From assembly GCF_000315625.1 (NCBI RefSeq), contig NW_005434631.1:513039-577038 (forward strand): a stretch of DNA of 64,000 nt, read 5' to 3'. Positions 24,106-37,182 of the stretch are shown here, piece after piece. The stretch's first letter is position 1. Every line of letters starts with the position of its first letter. The stretch is from Guillardia theta CCMP2712 (Eukaryota; Protista; Cryptophyta). Under the pieces are notes generated by a model. It had not been told where the DNA came from, did no database searches, and was given only the letters and a program-made list of their open reading frames with translations. The translations under genes and the position numbers were made by a program.

Positions 24106-24613
24106 GTACTGATTTTTAACTTAACTTTGACTCGCCGTAAAACCGTTCACGGTTAACAGCCCGGCCGGCACTGAGGTGACTCTGATCACGCGCCTGTCGC
24201 CGGAACTCGGCCGGGCCGCCGGTGCCGCTGTGCCGCCGGAGGGTTGCCCGGCCCGGGCAAGTTGGTTCTCCCCGGGCCCGGTAAAATTGGCTACCGTACG
24301 GTCCCGTACCGTGTCTGTTTGAAAGAGACACCGTGCCGCCGTGGCCGACTACAGTGGCACTGTAGTCGGTCAGTACCGTGACTCAGTACGGTAGTTTCTG
24401 TGCCACGGTCCGAGGCTCCGCTTGAAGGGCCTGAACTATTCGGAAGTTCCGAGAGTAAACAGTGACCGTCGGCCCGGGCCGCATCATGGCACTCCGATCA
24501 GGCGATCCGATGGCAGTGCCGCTCCAGTCCGATCCGATGATCCCGGCAGCCCGCCGCGGCCGGGCCCCGGGCTGTTTTAAGTTTGTCCTGGTACTGATTT
24601 TTAACTTAACTTT
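24106..24613. other. GC-rich island bracketed by 23-bp direct repeats, with a central 25-bp palindrome
   Basis: GTACTGATTTTTAACTTAACTTT at 24106-24128 and 24591-24613; CCGACTACAGTG-G-CACTGTAGTCGG at 24345-24369. Confidence 0.85.
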
Positions 24614-25634
24614 TAATAAATGACCTCGACAGAGTGATGAGACGGTCGCTTTAAAAAGCTTTTAATTTAAAAGTTATCTCGGTACAGAGTTTTAAGATTT
24701 GACAGGATGGTACAATGTGAGGGGGTCGCCGAGTACTGAAGCCTTTTAAAATGCAGTAGCACCTGTACTACGTGATCGTGCCTCCAGTCCGCGGGATGAG
24801 AGCCAGAGGGGGGGTGGGGGGTGGGGGGCTGTGACCATAGCCATATAACAAAGGCTGGGTATTGAGGGGTCCTGAAATCAGGTTTCTTGAGGGTAGGGTA
24901 CATCTACACACCGGTGGTGGGTTCGTTGCTCACTTAAAAGAATGGTGGAAACCTGCTTGGTAAGTGGAGGAAGGAGGAGAGAAGGAGGAGAGAAGGAGGA
25001 GGGACAGGACAGCAGGAACAGGGGAGGAGGACAGGAGAAGGAGGGAGTTGGCGAGAAAAGATGGAGAGAAGTATCAGAAAAAATGTGGTCAGACGGCAGA
25101 CATGTTAAGAAAGTACAAGTGCCTTTAGAAATCTGCGGTGTAGACCAATTTGTCATACTGACTAAAACTGTACACTCTTGTGGGACTCGAACTTGATCTG
25201 ACGTAAAAACTGGAAGATAATGATAGAGCTACATCATACAATCCTTCTAGTATGCAATCAGCATATTTGTACAATATTAGACTATCAGGGCAGTTCTGAT
25301 GTAGGTGCAATATCGATCCATCCAGCTAGAATCATATTTTGTATTCAACATGTTGTCTTTGCTTTTCATGTTTAGAATTACTTCAGGATTACACATAAAG
25401 AATTCAGAAAAGAGTTCAGAAAAGAGTTCAGAAAAGTCAAGCAAATCTAAAACAGCTAGGGAACGGTAGAAATAGTTGTTTTTTGTTGAGCTGCCTCTTG
25501 TCATGTGATATGAGGCATGATTTTTCATTTTGAGGACCTTTGAGAACTCTCCCCCATGTATGAAACAAACATGAATCTCCACCACTTACAGCACCCACGT
25601 TCTACAGGCTTGTCGGACCGGCAGGGAATACAAC

Positions 25635-26407
25635 ATGCCGTCGGATGGTAAATGCAGGGTCGGCGACTGCAAGATGCCTTGTCAGTGCACTCCCAGCACG
25701 GCTGCTATGATCTATGGAAGTGTGATAGGAGGTAACGCTCCGTCGCTCATGTAGTCGGAACTCCTGGCGATGGCTGACTGGCCCCGTTTGATCAGGAGTT
25801 CTGCTGGTCGTTGTTATCTTTTGCTGCTGCTTTTACGCGCGACGCCGGTGAGGATCGTGACGAGTGTGTCTGTTAGAACGTCCCTGAGCTGTTAGTCATT
25901 CTTCAGGGCGAACAACAATGTTCCCCAAGCTATGATGGTCCAGTACCCGCCTCAACAGCAGGTCATCATGCAGAATGGCGTTCCCATTCCCATGGCAACG
26001 CCAGTCGAAGGAGTGAGCAATCGCATCGCTCGCTCAGCCTCTTTATGACTTGCTTGTCCAGTACCCCGGGAACCAGCGAGCGATGTATCCCCAGCAGCAA
26101 AACAACAACAGGAGAGCCTTGGGCATGGGACTTGCAGGAGGTCAGTGAAGCAAGCCTCGCTAGAACAAGTGTCAAGTAGCAGAAAATTTCATAAGATGGC
26201 GTTAGCAGTAGCAAGGCACAACAGTAGCATAGCAGCCTGAGCGTCAATCCCTTAGTAGTGCTGTGCTCAGGTAGCACTGCTCATCCACTCACCCTGTATG
26301 CTGCAGGTCTTCTTGGAGGTTGGGCACTTGGCTCAATGATGGATGGAGGTGCCGACTACGGGGGTGACTGCGGGGGTGACTTTGGTGGCGGCGATGGAGG
26401 ATTTTGA
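25635..26407 (+). CDS. Small single-pass membrane protein: Cys-rich N-terminus, TM helix + CCC, Pro/Gln- and Gly-rich tail; multi-exon
   Basis: Manual splicing: MPSDGKCRVGDCKMPCQC..IYGSVIG|VLLVVVIFCCCFYARRR|..VQYPPQQQ|..GMGLAG|GLLGGWALGSMMDGGADYGGDCGGDFGGGDGGF*. Confidence 0.65.
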
Positions 26408-27065
26408 AGCGGCGGAACTTGCCATCATGGCCGAACTGAGGACAGGCGGCTTACCGTAGCCTGAGTCTAAGTTGGAAGACTAAGTTGAACCAGACTCCTG
26501 GTGACCGTACGACGGTCTCTCCGTGTGTTTTACTATCAGTATGATTCAGTGAACTTCACTTATCCAAACTTGAAATTGCTGGCCGCGTGTCACTAGTACT
26601 CACTAGTCTGGAAACTCAGCACTGACTCGGAATGATTCAAGCAGGAGGCGGAACTTCGGAAGTTTATTATCGCCGGCCTTTGACTAGCTGTCAAAGTTAT
26701 TTTGGTCCGAGCGGCGACATGTTCAGACTGGCACGGAAGTGGCAGCACGAAGGGATGGAGGAGACGACAGTAAGTGAGGAGGATGAGCAGGAGGCAGAGA
26801 CCTTGAACTGCGAGGAGGAGAGAACAATGGTCGTTGGGGTGCAGTTCCAACAGTAATGTCTCAAGCTCACTCCTTTCCTCTGCTAGGGCATCACAATGCT
26901 TATTGAACAAGCGCCCCTATGCGTCGATGAGCACCAAAACGATGCTCCCTGCATGGACGACGGGAGCACCGACTGCTGTCAACCGCTGGAAGCCGTTCCG
27001 ATTGAAGAAGGGCTTTCATGACACAAGGTTTCTTGTTCACGATAGATGAGAGCAATGTTGATGAT

Positions 27066-27128
<63 letters not shown>

Positions 27129-27146
27129 ATGCTGATGCTGATGCTG

Positions 27147-27179
<33 letters not shown>

Positions 27180-27189
27180 ATGCTGATGC

Positions 27190-27233
<44 letters not shown>

Positions 27234-29094
27234 CGAAGAGCGTTGTTGCTGGCATGGAGGTAATGACCCCAGCAGGAACAGATTCAACATGGATCGAAGG
27301 AACGACGTCAGAAGTAGAAAGTAATGCTGCAGACAAGCTGCTGAATCGGATATTCTTGATGACAGCATGGCTGAGGATAATACAGAGATGGGAAGGGACA
27401 GAAGTCAAGACAGCCATCGGTCAGAGCTGCTCATAGTGGATTAGTGTAGCTCGACAACGTGCTTGTGTTTATGTGAGGGTTGTGAAACAAACTTACTAGC
27501 CGGTGAACGCTGAGAAGAGGTTTTGACTCGTTACACATCCGCCCTGAATGCTCGAACAACTCCATCGCTCGGACTATTGGAGGAGAAAGACATTGCGATA
27601 TGGAGAGAGGAAGGAGGAAGTGCGGCAGAAGGGGGAGGGGAGGTCCAGAGGGGAAGTGTAGGAGAAGTAGAGGACATACATCACAACAAACGACCAGGAG
27701 GACAAGGAGAACAAGGGCCAGAAGTTTTCACTGCTTCTGAGCATGTTGTACAATGTTGTATGATTCTTTTGTTTGAAGTGAAGCTCACGCCCTGAGTGTC
27801 TTTTTCAAGTCTTCTCTTCATCTTCGCTTCAGACGTGTGCACCTCCAAATAGCGATTTGGTTTTTGAGGACCTGTGAAAAATGGAATGAAGATTTCCCTG
27901 CCTACAAACCTGGTCCTCCTCCTCTTCGCACTCCCTCCATCCTTCCAAACATTCTTACAATTCACGGAGGCGGCAGCGGCGGCGCTTTGCTAGACGACAA
28001 GAAACATCTCGTCTTAGACTGTGCTTTCTTGAGAGCATGAATGGATCTCCAACGTGAGATGTGAGATGGTTTGAGAGAAGGTTTAATGCCTGACGATACA
28101 CGTAGGAAAGAAACTGATTTGAGGATGATGATAGCAGCGGGAGGAAAACTCACTGAAGAGAAAATTCAAACAGCGAATGGAAATCGTTCGAGACTGTAGA
28201 ATGGATCAGCTTTACCGCCTCAACGATGGAAATAAAATTCACACGACATGGAAAATCAGAAAGAGATTGTGGGATCATGTTCAAGCGGAGCGGGAAGGGG
28301 AGGCAGGGAGCAGGAGCAGGGGCAGGGGCAGGAGCACGAGCACGAGCAAGAGCAGGAGCACAAAAAGTTGTAAAGAAGGGGGGGGGGATCGGATGCGACC
28401 ACTGGATTCGGGCAAAGGCGGGTCAGTGGGAGGAGGCGGTGCGAAGGGCGATAGAGAGGAGGGGAGGGGGGAGGAGCCCGGGGCAGGAGAGNNNNNNNNN
28501 NNNNNNNNNNNNNNNNNNNNNNNNNNNNNNNNNNNNNNNNNNNNNNNNNNNNNNNNNNNNNNNNNNNNNNNNNNNNNNNNNNNNNNNNNNNGGGGGGTGG
28601 AACAGGCAGGAAGAACAGGCAGGAAGCAGGATGCAGGAGGAGATAGAGAGAGGGCGAGGGAGAAGGGGAGAGAGAGGAAGAGCCAGAGTTTGATGTATGT
28701 GGAGGAGGGGGCGAGTTGGGCAAACCTTCTGATCGAGATGAAGGAAGATGCGAGCGGGTTAGAGGAAGTTGCGATGACTCCGACGGGGCAGGTAAGTTCG
28801 CACATGCTGATGCTGGGAGGGACAGGAACGAGCGGTGTATGGTACCCCTGCATGGAGGAAGAGGGATGAGGCGGGGGGTGGGGTTGGGAAGGGGAAGGAG
28901 CAGGAGCAGAAGCAGGAGAGGGAGAGAGGAAGGGGGAGGGGCAGGAGAGGGAGGAGGGGGGATTCACGACGGTCCTAGTGTATCTCCTTGCTCTCAGCCT
29001 ATTTGTCACTATCTCTGTCTCTCCGTTTCCATCCCCGTCATCTCTTCCCTCTAGCTTGCCGTCGTCCTGCTTGCCTTCGCCCTGCTCCATAGTC

Positions 29095-31311
29095 ATGCTG
29101 GAGCTTCCACGACCGCAACGTGCGCTGTCAAGGGATCGTCAGGTTCCGAGCTCGGAGATGAGAGGTTCAGGCCAGTGAAGGAGGAGGTTGCCTTGACATG
29201 CGGTGGCAGCAGCAGCAGCTCCCCTCTTCTCAACCTGACCAAGTCAGCGATCAAACGCGCCATGCGGCTCGAGGTTGGAGGAGGAGGAAGTTTGGAGATG
29301 GGGAGGTAGTGGTGGGGGAAGGGGCAGAGATCAGGGAGAGAGAAGAGTGAAGGGGTGCAACAAGGGAGGAGGGAAGAAAGTAGGAGGCAGAGGAGGAGGA
29401 AGGAGGGTGAACAGGATCGGGGAGGGTGCATGGGGATGCGATGGAAAACGGAATGAGGGTGACGGTTGCCTTCAGCGCAGAAAGGAATCTCTCCTTGCGC
29501 GACGAGCTAGGGAGAAGGACAAGAGGGCGAAGGAGAAAGAAAGGAGGCAGCGAGAGTTCGAGGCGCTGAGTGATGCTGACAAGGAAGAGTTCCTCAGGCG
29601 GAAGGAGGTTGGGCGACATGTTCTGATCTGCAACTTTATGATGATTGTTATTGTATGATTGTTGTTGTATGGTGATGATGGTTGTTGTATGATTGTTCTC
29701 TGAGCAAACACATTTGCACGAGTCGAAGGAATCCGCATGAGTGTTCACGGTTGCCTCGTGGGATGAGGCGATCTTGTCTTGTCGTGCTGTCTTGTGTATG
29801 AGGATGTCGTGTTCGACCTGGCGTTGTTCAAGGAAGCAAGATGCTCAAGGATGTCCAGGAGAGCAGGCAACTCTATAGAGAAGCTCGAGAAAAGTTCTTA
29901 GCCGATCGGGATCTCGCGATCGCTGCAAGGTACGCGATGGCACCATGTGAAAGACAGTATTACAGTGTATGAAGGATCCCATGCCATGAACGTTTTCATT
30001 CATATTATGTCATGACCTCATATGAATGATTGGTGACTTTGTACTTTGTGATGAGATGAGGGCAGGGGCCACCCTCTTCAACGAGTTGTCATCGACTTGG
30101 CATATGAGCATCTAATGAACGAGCAACAGGTAAAATTCAGCTCCTCCTCGTCCTCGTCTTCGTCCTCGTCCTCCTGGTCCTCGTCTTGGTCCTCCTCCTC
30201 CTGGTCCTCCTCCTGGTCCTCTCTGCAAGACTCTAATCACTTTCGTCCCACTTCTCGTCTTCATCATTCTCCCATGTTCGCGCTCCTACCCCAAACTACC
30301 ATACTTCTGTCTCTCCGATAAACTTGGTGATTTCTTTTGCAAGTGCAAAAGTTTGGCGATCCAGGTTGCTGTTTGCTCAACATCTGCTGCTGAGGGGATG
30401 ATGGAGCATGCAGCTGGGATATGGCTACAGCATGAACAAGAAGGCGATAATCCCACTGGTTGAACATCACTAACACTTGTTGAGAGACAACATCTTAAGG
30501 CCTGACAGCAAGTTGCACAGGACATTTCAATCTGCGGCTTGGATTTCAATCACTCGATAACTGTGATGCGACACCGATGACATGCGAGCAGCGTCTAAGA
30601 CTGATGACGCGCATGACAGGGGAGGGCCCTGACCGAACTCACCGCTCACAACTGGGATCAAGGCAGGTTTGCTCGACCCTCTTGCTTGCCTGCTCTCTGC
30701 CGAAATATCTTACACGCCTTACACGCCTGGCAGGGGCGGCGTCACTTTCATATCCTCCGACGTCTTGAACGCCTTTCCGAGGTTTGTTACACTTGACCGT
30801 CTTGGTCAAGTTGCCTGTCAGCTCCGACGAGACTCTGAGCTGTCTCAGGGAAGACATCATCTACCTCACTGCCGACAGCGACAACTGCATCCACGAATTG
30901 GATCCCTCCAAGGTAGCGCAGTGAGAGGGCCCGGCCTTGCTCTTGTAACGATGAGTCAGGTGTACGTTATCGGAGGGCTGGTGGATAGGAACAAGCAGAA
31001 GGGCGCCAGCCTCTCGAGGGCAGCTCAGTCCAACGTTCGACACGCCAGGTGGCATGCATGATAGAAGACATGAGGGAGGTTGAATGTGGTATGATGCCAA
31101 GGCTGCCGATATCGGAGCACCTCAAGTTGTCATCCTGTGAGGCTATAACGGTGGATCAGACAGTGCGCTTGCTCGCTCTTGTAAGCTCAGGTCCGCAGTC
31201 GGATGAGGAGACACAGAGTAGGTTTTGATAGGAGTGGCAGGGGAAACATGGAGCTCCGCTCTTGCTGCGAGCATACCGAGGAGGAAAGTAGCAAGCTACG
31301 ACAACAGTTAA
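29095..31311 (+). CDS. TRM10: tRNA (guanine-N1)-methyltransferase, Trm10 family (SPOUT); start approximate
   Basis: Charged N-terminal helix, VVIDLAYEHLMNEQ, IIYLTADSD, VYVIGGLVDRNKQKG, ARLPI, W..AL..SIPRRK. Confidence 0.88.
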
Positions 31312-31460
31312 CCTCTCCTGACCCTTGAAACGCTCAAGACAAACGTCTGCAAGAACTCGTCGGGGAAGACAACGTTTTGTAATGAATAATCAACAAGAAA
31401 ACAAATGAAACCAAGTGATCCAAACTAATCTACAAACCAAGAAAAGTTGCGAGCTCCATA

Positions 31461-32033
31461 TCAGCACGTCTCACTGCAAGCAGGCAGCCCTTCCTTCTCA
31501 GGCGGCGACTTGCACGATGGCGGCTCTTCGTTGTCATGGATCATACCAGACACCGAGAGCTCTTCCTCAACCTCGTCGTCGCCACAGTCGCTGCTGGCAA
31601 GCTCAGGGTGCTGCTGCTCTACCTCGTGAAGCTGCTCGTCGAGCTTGGGAAATAACTCCATGATCCCGAGGTTGGTGCAGGTGCGCTCTACGTAGGAGCG
31701 AGCGAGGTTCCCCTCGTGATTGACCACGTCCTCGAGGATGTCCGCGATCGTGATGCACTTGAGATCCTCCGAGAACGAGCTCTCCTTCTTCAGCATCGGC
31801 TTTCTGCCTCCCTTGGCTGGAGTGGCAGCATTCGAGCTGCCGTCTTCCGCATTTGTGCTAGCCGCCGACTTCTTCTTCTTGTTCTTCTCACACTTCTTGA
31901 TCGCTAGCGATCTGACGGCATGGAAACGGAAGTCCTCAGCGTCATACTCGAACTTCCTGTCTCTTCGCTTTCCCGACTGCTCGTTGCAAGAGGGGTTGGT
32001 CGACGAAATCTCACCTAGAAGAGATGGTTGCAT
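31461..32033 (-). CDS. Hypothetical 190-aa protein
   Basis: Intronless ORF with ATG and protein-like composition; no recognised domain. Confidence 0.5.
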   Translation of the reverse strand: MQPSLLGEISSTNPSCNEQSGKRRDRKFEYDAEDFRFHAVRSLAIKKCEKNKKKKSAASTNAEDGSSNAATPAKGGRKPMLKKESSFSEDLKCITIADILEDVVNHEGNLARSYVERTCTNLGIMELFPKLDEQLHEVEQQHPELASSDCGDDEVEEELSVSGMIHDNEEPPSCKSPPEKEGLPACSETC

Positions 32034-32899
32034 GGTGGATGCAGTGGCTGGTGGAGATGAGGCTGGTGGGGCTGGTGTAGCAGTGCAGGAGAGTGGGAGG
32101 AGCTGTGAAGTAGGAGGGGTAAGGCTTGAGAGGATGTTGGCAGTGCAGGAAGGGGGCGTTTGAAGCAGGGGGACAGCAGCAGAGGACTAAAAGAGGAGCA
32201 GATAGGCGGTATGAGTAGTGCAGGGGGTGGGGTGGGCTACCAAAGGTTGGTCCTTTGCTCCATATAGGTGGGTCCTACCTACCCCTATGTATGTGAGAAT
32301 GTTTGTGATTCGAGAACGGGTTGTGGGCTTAAAATATCCAGCAGGGAGTAGCAGGGGTGGTTGCTAGTCAGATCGGACTGTGTGATTACCATGGGGGTGG
32401 GGGTGATCTTATCATGGCTTGGCCACGGTATAAACCAGGAATCACATACCCCTTATATATAATTATGACAAAACACGGATATAACCTCCCCCGTTGCGCA
32501 GATTTATGACATAAATTATAAGAATTATCTATAAGGGCATAACCGTGCGATGATGACACGCTCTCAAGGGCTCACCCATTGTGTCAGCACAGCCCAAGGG
32601 CACGGAAAGATTTAAGAACTGGGTGGGTGGGGGTGGTAGATATTTCTGAAAGTAGGGGTTAAATTATAGTCAAAAGTAGGGGTCACTCTATAGCCAGGTA
32701 ACTTTTGGACTACCGCCTGAACGGTTTCAGGACAATGGGGGGTAGGAGAAAAAAATACTACCGCAGCGACACCTTGACACAAATTTTCAGCCAATACTTG
32801 TGACTATAAAATTCATATCGATTTCTACTTTTAGTGGTACCGCCATTGAATGATGAGTAAAGATTTGGGTACTGAGTTCAGAGTTGACTTGACTGTCAC

Positions 32900-33060
32900 G
32901 GGGGCCACCGAGGCTGCTGACCCCCTGGCCACGGACGTCCGAGCCCGATCCCCCACTTTTCATCCTCTTTACTCAAAGTTTTCCCCGGGCCCCCGCCGGC
33001 GGCCCGGCCCGGTGCCGGCGGGCCGGTGCCGCCGGTGCCACCAGTCACTGCCAGAGTGGG
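32900..33060. other. Small GC-rich intergenic island
   Basis: CCCGGG/GCCGGC/GGCC cluster between divergent genes. Confidence 0.6.
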
Positions 33061-33365
33061 TGAATTAGCAAAAAGGATTCAGCTTAAGGAGTTTCGATTG
33101 CGACCGAAATGGGCCGCGTCATCAGGGAGGTAAGGGGTCGGGAAGAGGCCGCGATGGCGGGGCAGGAGAGGGGGACATGGGCGAGAAGGAGATGCGGGAG
33201 GAAGACAAGAAGGAGAGGTGGCGCCGGGAGGAGGGGACAGGAGAGGGATGAGGATCGTGCAGACATTGCATGATGTTCTTTTGACGCGATGATATTGAAG
33301 GTGCAAGAGGACGGCCAACGCCGGGAGTTGTGGTGATTGAGACTTGAAGCTGACTCGCTCGTGCC

Positions 33366-34322
33366 ATGGCGACCGTACAGGTGAGGAAGGCGTTGAGAGA
33401 TGAGGAGGGGCGGTATGACGCGGTCCTCCGTTCGTCTCAAGGTGCTCAACGTGTCGCCTGCTGTGGACGAGGCCGTTCTTCGAAACTTCTTCTCCTTCTG
33501 TGGCGGCATCAAGAGCATCGAGTTCAACTCACAGGACCTTGGTCCTGGGGAGCTTGCGTCAGCTGCCAAGGCAGCGGGAGCTCCGTCGCCTGCGAGTGAT
33601 GCTGAGGCAGCCCTGGTCACTTTCGACAGCGAGGACGCGGCAGCGACTGCTCAGCTCTTGTCCAACTCTCTGCTGGACGATCGCCCCGTCCTCGTCATCC
33701 CTGCCGGTTCAGCCAAGGGGCAAGAGGAGGGCGACATAGGTTCTTCTCGTGGGGGGGATGGAGCGTCGGATGCGGATCCTATGAGTCAGGCAAATCCCAA
33801 GGGACGAGGGTTGATGCAGGTGCTCCGTGAACGCGCCAAGACGGCGCAGGACCAGGTGCAGAACCTCCAGAGCTCGGGCTCGATCCAGTCAAAGGTGTCG
33901 GAGGCCAGGCAGAGTGCCAAGGACACGGCGAGCAAGCTCATGTCGGGGGAAACGTTGCGGGCAGGCTATGGAATGCTGATGAGCGGCCTGACGTCGATCA
34001 AGGAGGCGGTGAGGCCTGCGTTGAGCTCCTGCTGCCTCCCCTCGGCCCATGACGTGTGTGCTGGCAGGTGAAGAAGGCAGAGGAGGCGAACCGAAGGTTC
34101 AACGAGAGGCTCTTGAAGGAGGCACATGCGGAGAGGGAGGGGAGGAGACTGGGGCAGGGTTCGTCCCCTGAAGCTGGCACTGACCAGGTTGCTGAGCCTG
34201 CTGCTGGTGAGCAACGTGTGCCAGCAGACGCGGAGGAGAGTGCACAGCAGGGATCAGTGCTTGCTCGTGTGCATAGCGAAGCTGTTCAAGATTTACCTCG
34301 TGCGGTGGACAAGTCGAGCTGA
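33366..34322 (+). CDS. RRM-domain protein (BPA1/Vip1-like), 3 exons
   Basis: VLNVSPAVDEAVLRNFFSFCGGIKSIEF..ALVTFDSEDAAATAQLLSNSLLDDRPVLV. Confidence 0.78.
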
Positions 34323-34360
34323 AGTGTGGGAGCATCGAATCGTCTGCTGTGGAAGTAGAG

Positions 34361-34407
<47 letters not shown>

Positions 34408-34439
34408 GGACGACGAGGACGAGGACGACGAGGACGAGG

Positions 34440-35798
34440 AGGACACACGAAGTGGCTCATCCTCAATAAAGACATTGCAATAGAACATGGTCTCAGGGTC
34501 AAGGTAGCTCCTATTCGCTCTTGGCAGACAGAGAGTTGACCTGCCAGCCCAACGTCAGTCAGTTTGTACTCCCCACCTCCCTTCACCGTATCCATGTGCC
34601 CTTGAAGCGCTGCGACGCACTGGAGCAAGGGACTTCAGCGCTTTCCTCAACCATCCTCCTCCCCTCCTACCTGCCCTGAGGTGACATCCCACAAGCGTAT
34701 GCTCTTATCCTTGGAGCCGCTAGGGTAAGGTCAGACATGCGGGTCTTCAACAGTACTACGCCCGATCGTCTTCATCCTACCTAGCGATCAAGTTGGTCCC
34801 TGCCACGGCTTCCACCGCCAGGACGTCGTCCGTGTGCCCCTGCCACGGCAGAAGCGTGAGGAGGAGGAAAGGGGAGAGGAGCGAGGCAGCGAGCACCGTG
34901 AAAGTGAAGATCTCAGCTCGAGTTTCGATGTCCCATATCTTGATATTATCGTTCCTCTCCTTCTGGAAGAGGGAGGAGCCGCAGGCCGTCATGATCCTTG
35001 CCCCGTCCCCAGAGAACCGCACACAGTGTACTGGGCCCTCGTGCTGGAAGGAGGGCAGCACCTTGCCCCCCATGAACTCCCAGATCTTGACGATCTTGTC
35101 GTCGCTGGCTGTGGCCAGTAGGCCCTCCCGAGGAGAGAACGCGAGCGAGTTGACGCTTGCGAGGTGCCCCATGAAGGTGTAGACCAGCTTGCCGCTTTCC
35201 AGGTCCCAGAGCTTCAAGCTCTGATCCCAACTCCCACTGGCACGTCAAGTCAGACCCCCTGCTCAGCTACTCAGGGCAGGGCAGACCTGGCGATCATGCT
35301 CCCGTTGTTGGAGAAGGCAACTGTCCTCACTGTCCCCCTATGGCCCTGCACGGTGCAGGAGGGCTCCCTGCGGAAGCTGTCGCACCACCAGTTGAAGTTC
35401 ACGTCCTCCTGCCTGCTGCACTTGCAATCGTTCCTCCCGTCATGCCCTTGGAACGACCTGACCACCTTCATTGTCTCCCTCCCCCACACGTTCACCATGC
35501 CGTCGTCCCCGCCGCTTGCCAGCTGCTTCCCGTCGCCGCTCCATGCTACCTCGTTCACACAGTCCGTGTGCTGCCTGAAGATCGCGGCTGAGCTCCCGGT
35601 CTTGAGGACCTTCCATGTCTTGGGGTCCCACAGCCTCGCCGTGCCGTCGTAGGAGCAGGAGGCGACAGCGTCTCCTTGCGGCGACCAGCGAACGCAGGTG
35701 ACGATGGCATCGTGGTCGTTGAGAGGGCGCAGGAGCTGGGTCCTCGTCCTCAGCTCCCACACCCTGATGCTGCAGTCCCTCCCTCCGGAGACGAGCAT
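34440..35798 (-). CDS. WD40-repeat protein, multi-exon; ends approximate
   Basis: Multiple GH..V..V.(W/F)S..G..LAS.S.D..V..WD repeats. Confidence 0.9.
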
Positions 35799-35918
35799 GG
35801 CGAGCTCTCAGCACATGAACCCCGACGAGGCGATCTGCAACGAGCAGCAACAAGCATCAGCACTATCGCAGATCACCTCAGCTCCGGTCGCATGCAAGAC
35901 GGGCAGACCTGCTTGTGT

Positions 35919-35949
<31 letters not shown>

Positions 35950-36505
35950 CCATCCCATTCCACTCCACCTCCTCTAGAGCTCCCCTGTTCTGTCCTCCCT
36001 TGTTCTGTCCCAATCTTACCTCTCAATTTTCTCCCCCCACCCAACTCTCTCCTCTCTCCTCTCTCCTCTCTCCTCTCTCCTCCTCTCCTCTCTCCTCTCC
36101 TTCCTCCTTCCTCTCCTCTCCTCCTCCCCCCCTCCCTCCCTCCTCCCTNNNNNNNNNNNNNNNNNNNNNNNNNNNNNNNNNNNNNNNNNNNNNNNNNNNN
36201 NNNNNNNNNNNNNNNNNNNNNNNNNNNNNNNNNNNNNNNNNNNNNNNNCCAAATCGGGGGACAAGCGCAGGTGCAAGCGACAGTCGCAATGCCGGCAGAC
36301 AAACGAATCCAAGGTACACAAGTGCGAGGAGGGAGGGAGGGAGGGAGGGAGGGAGGGAGGGAGGGAGGGAGGGAGGGAGGGAAGGACAGAGCAGAAGATG
36401 AGAGCATGTTGGAGGAGGGGATGGAGCAGAACGAGGGATCCCATGAGCTTGCGAAATATCTTCTGACTTGGCGTACTGTACAGCAAGGACATCAGCAGCA
36501 TCTCG

Positions 36506-37141
36506 ATGAGGATCGGACACCACCCGCTGCCTCTTATCCTCCTCCTCCTCCTCCTCCTCCTCCTCTGTGTGCTCGACTACCAACTCGTTGTGGAAGCTGC
36601 GAGGGGAGAGGAGGAGGCGGCCATGTGCTCTCAGGATCTGCTCCGAGACCAGGAGCAGGAGATCGGTCGACTGAGGAGCGAAATCTCCGAGCTCAAACGC
36701 CTGCTCGAGGCCTGCAGAGGTCTAGCAGGACAGGGAGGGAGGGAGGCAGGGATTGGGAGGGCGAGCAGTGCAGGCGGCAGGAGGAGGAGATCAGGGAGCA
36801 GGCAGGAACGATCTCGATTCTTAGAGCCGCCATGCATGAGCTGCGCAAGGAGAAGCATCGGGATCCATCGAACTCGTCTCCTCCTCCTCCTCCTGACCAG
36901 GGACAGGATGCTCCAGACTCGGAAGCTGGCGGCCGTCAGGAGAGCAGGAGAGCGGGCAACCATGTGAGAGCGGTCAATGGGTGGGACGAGGACGAGGAGG
37001 GGCAGCTGGAGTGGGTGTATGGGATCCCGGAGGGGAAGAGAAAGGTTGTGATCGAGCTGGGATCGAACGATGGGCAGTGGATCTATGGCTTCATGATGTG
37101 AGTGGAGGAGGAGGAGGAGGAGGAGGAGGAGGAGGAGGAGG

Positions 37142-37182
<41 letters not shown>

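Noticed and set aside
26632-28870. Possible spliced gene(s) in this interval
   Set aside because: Only short ORF fragments among microsatellites and an N gap; no coherent model or domain
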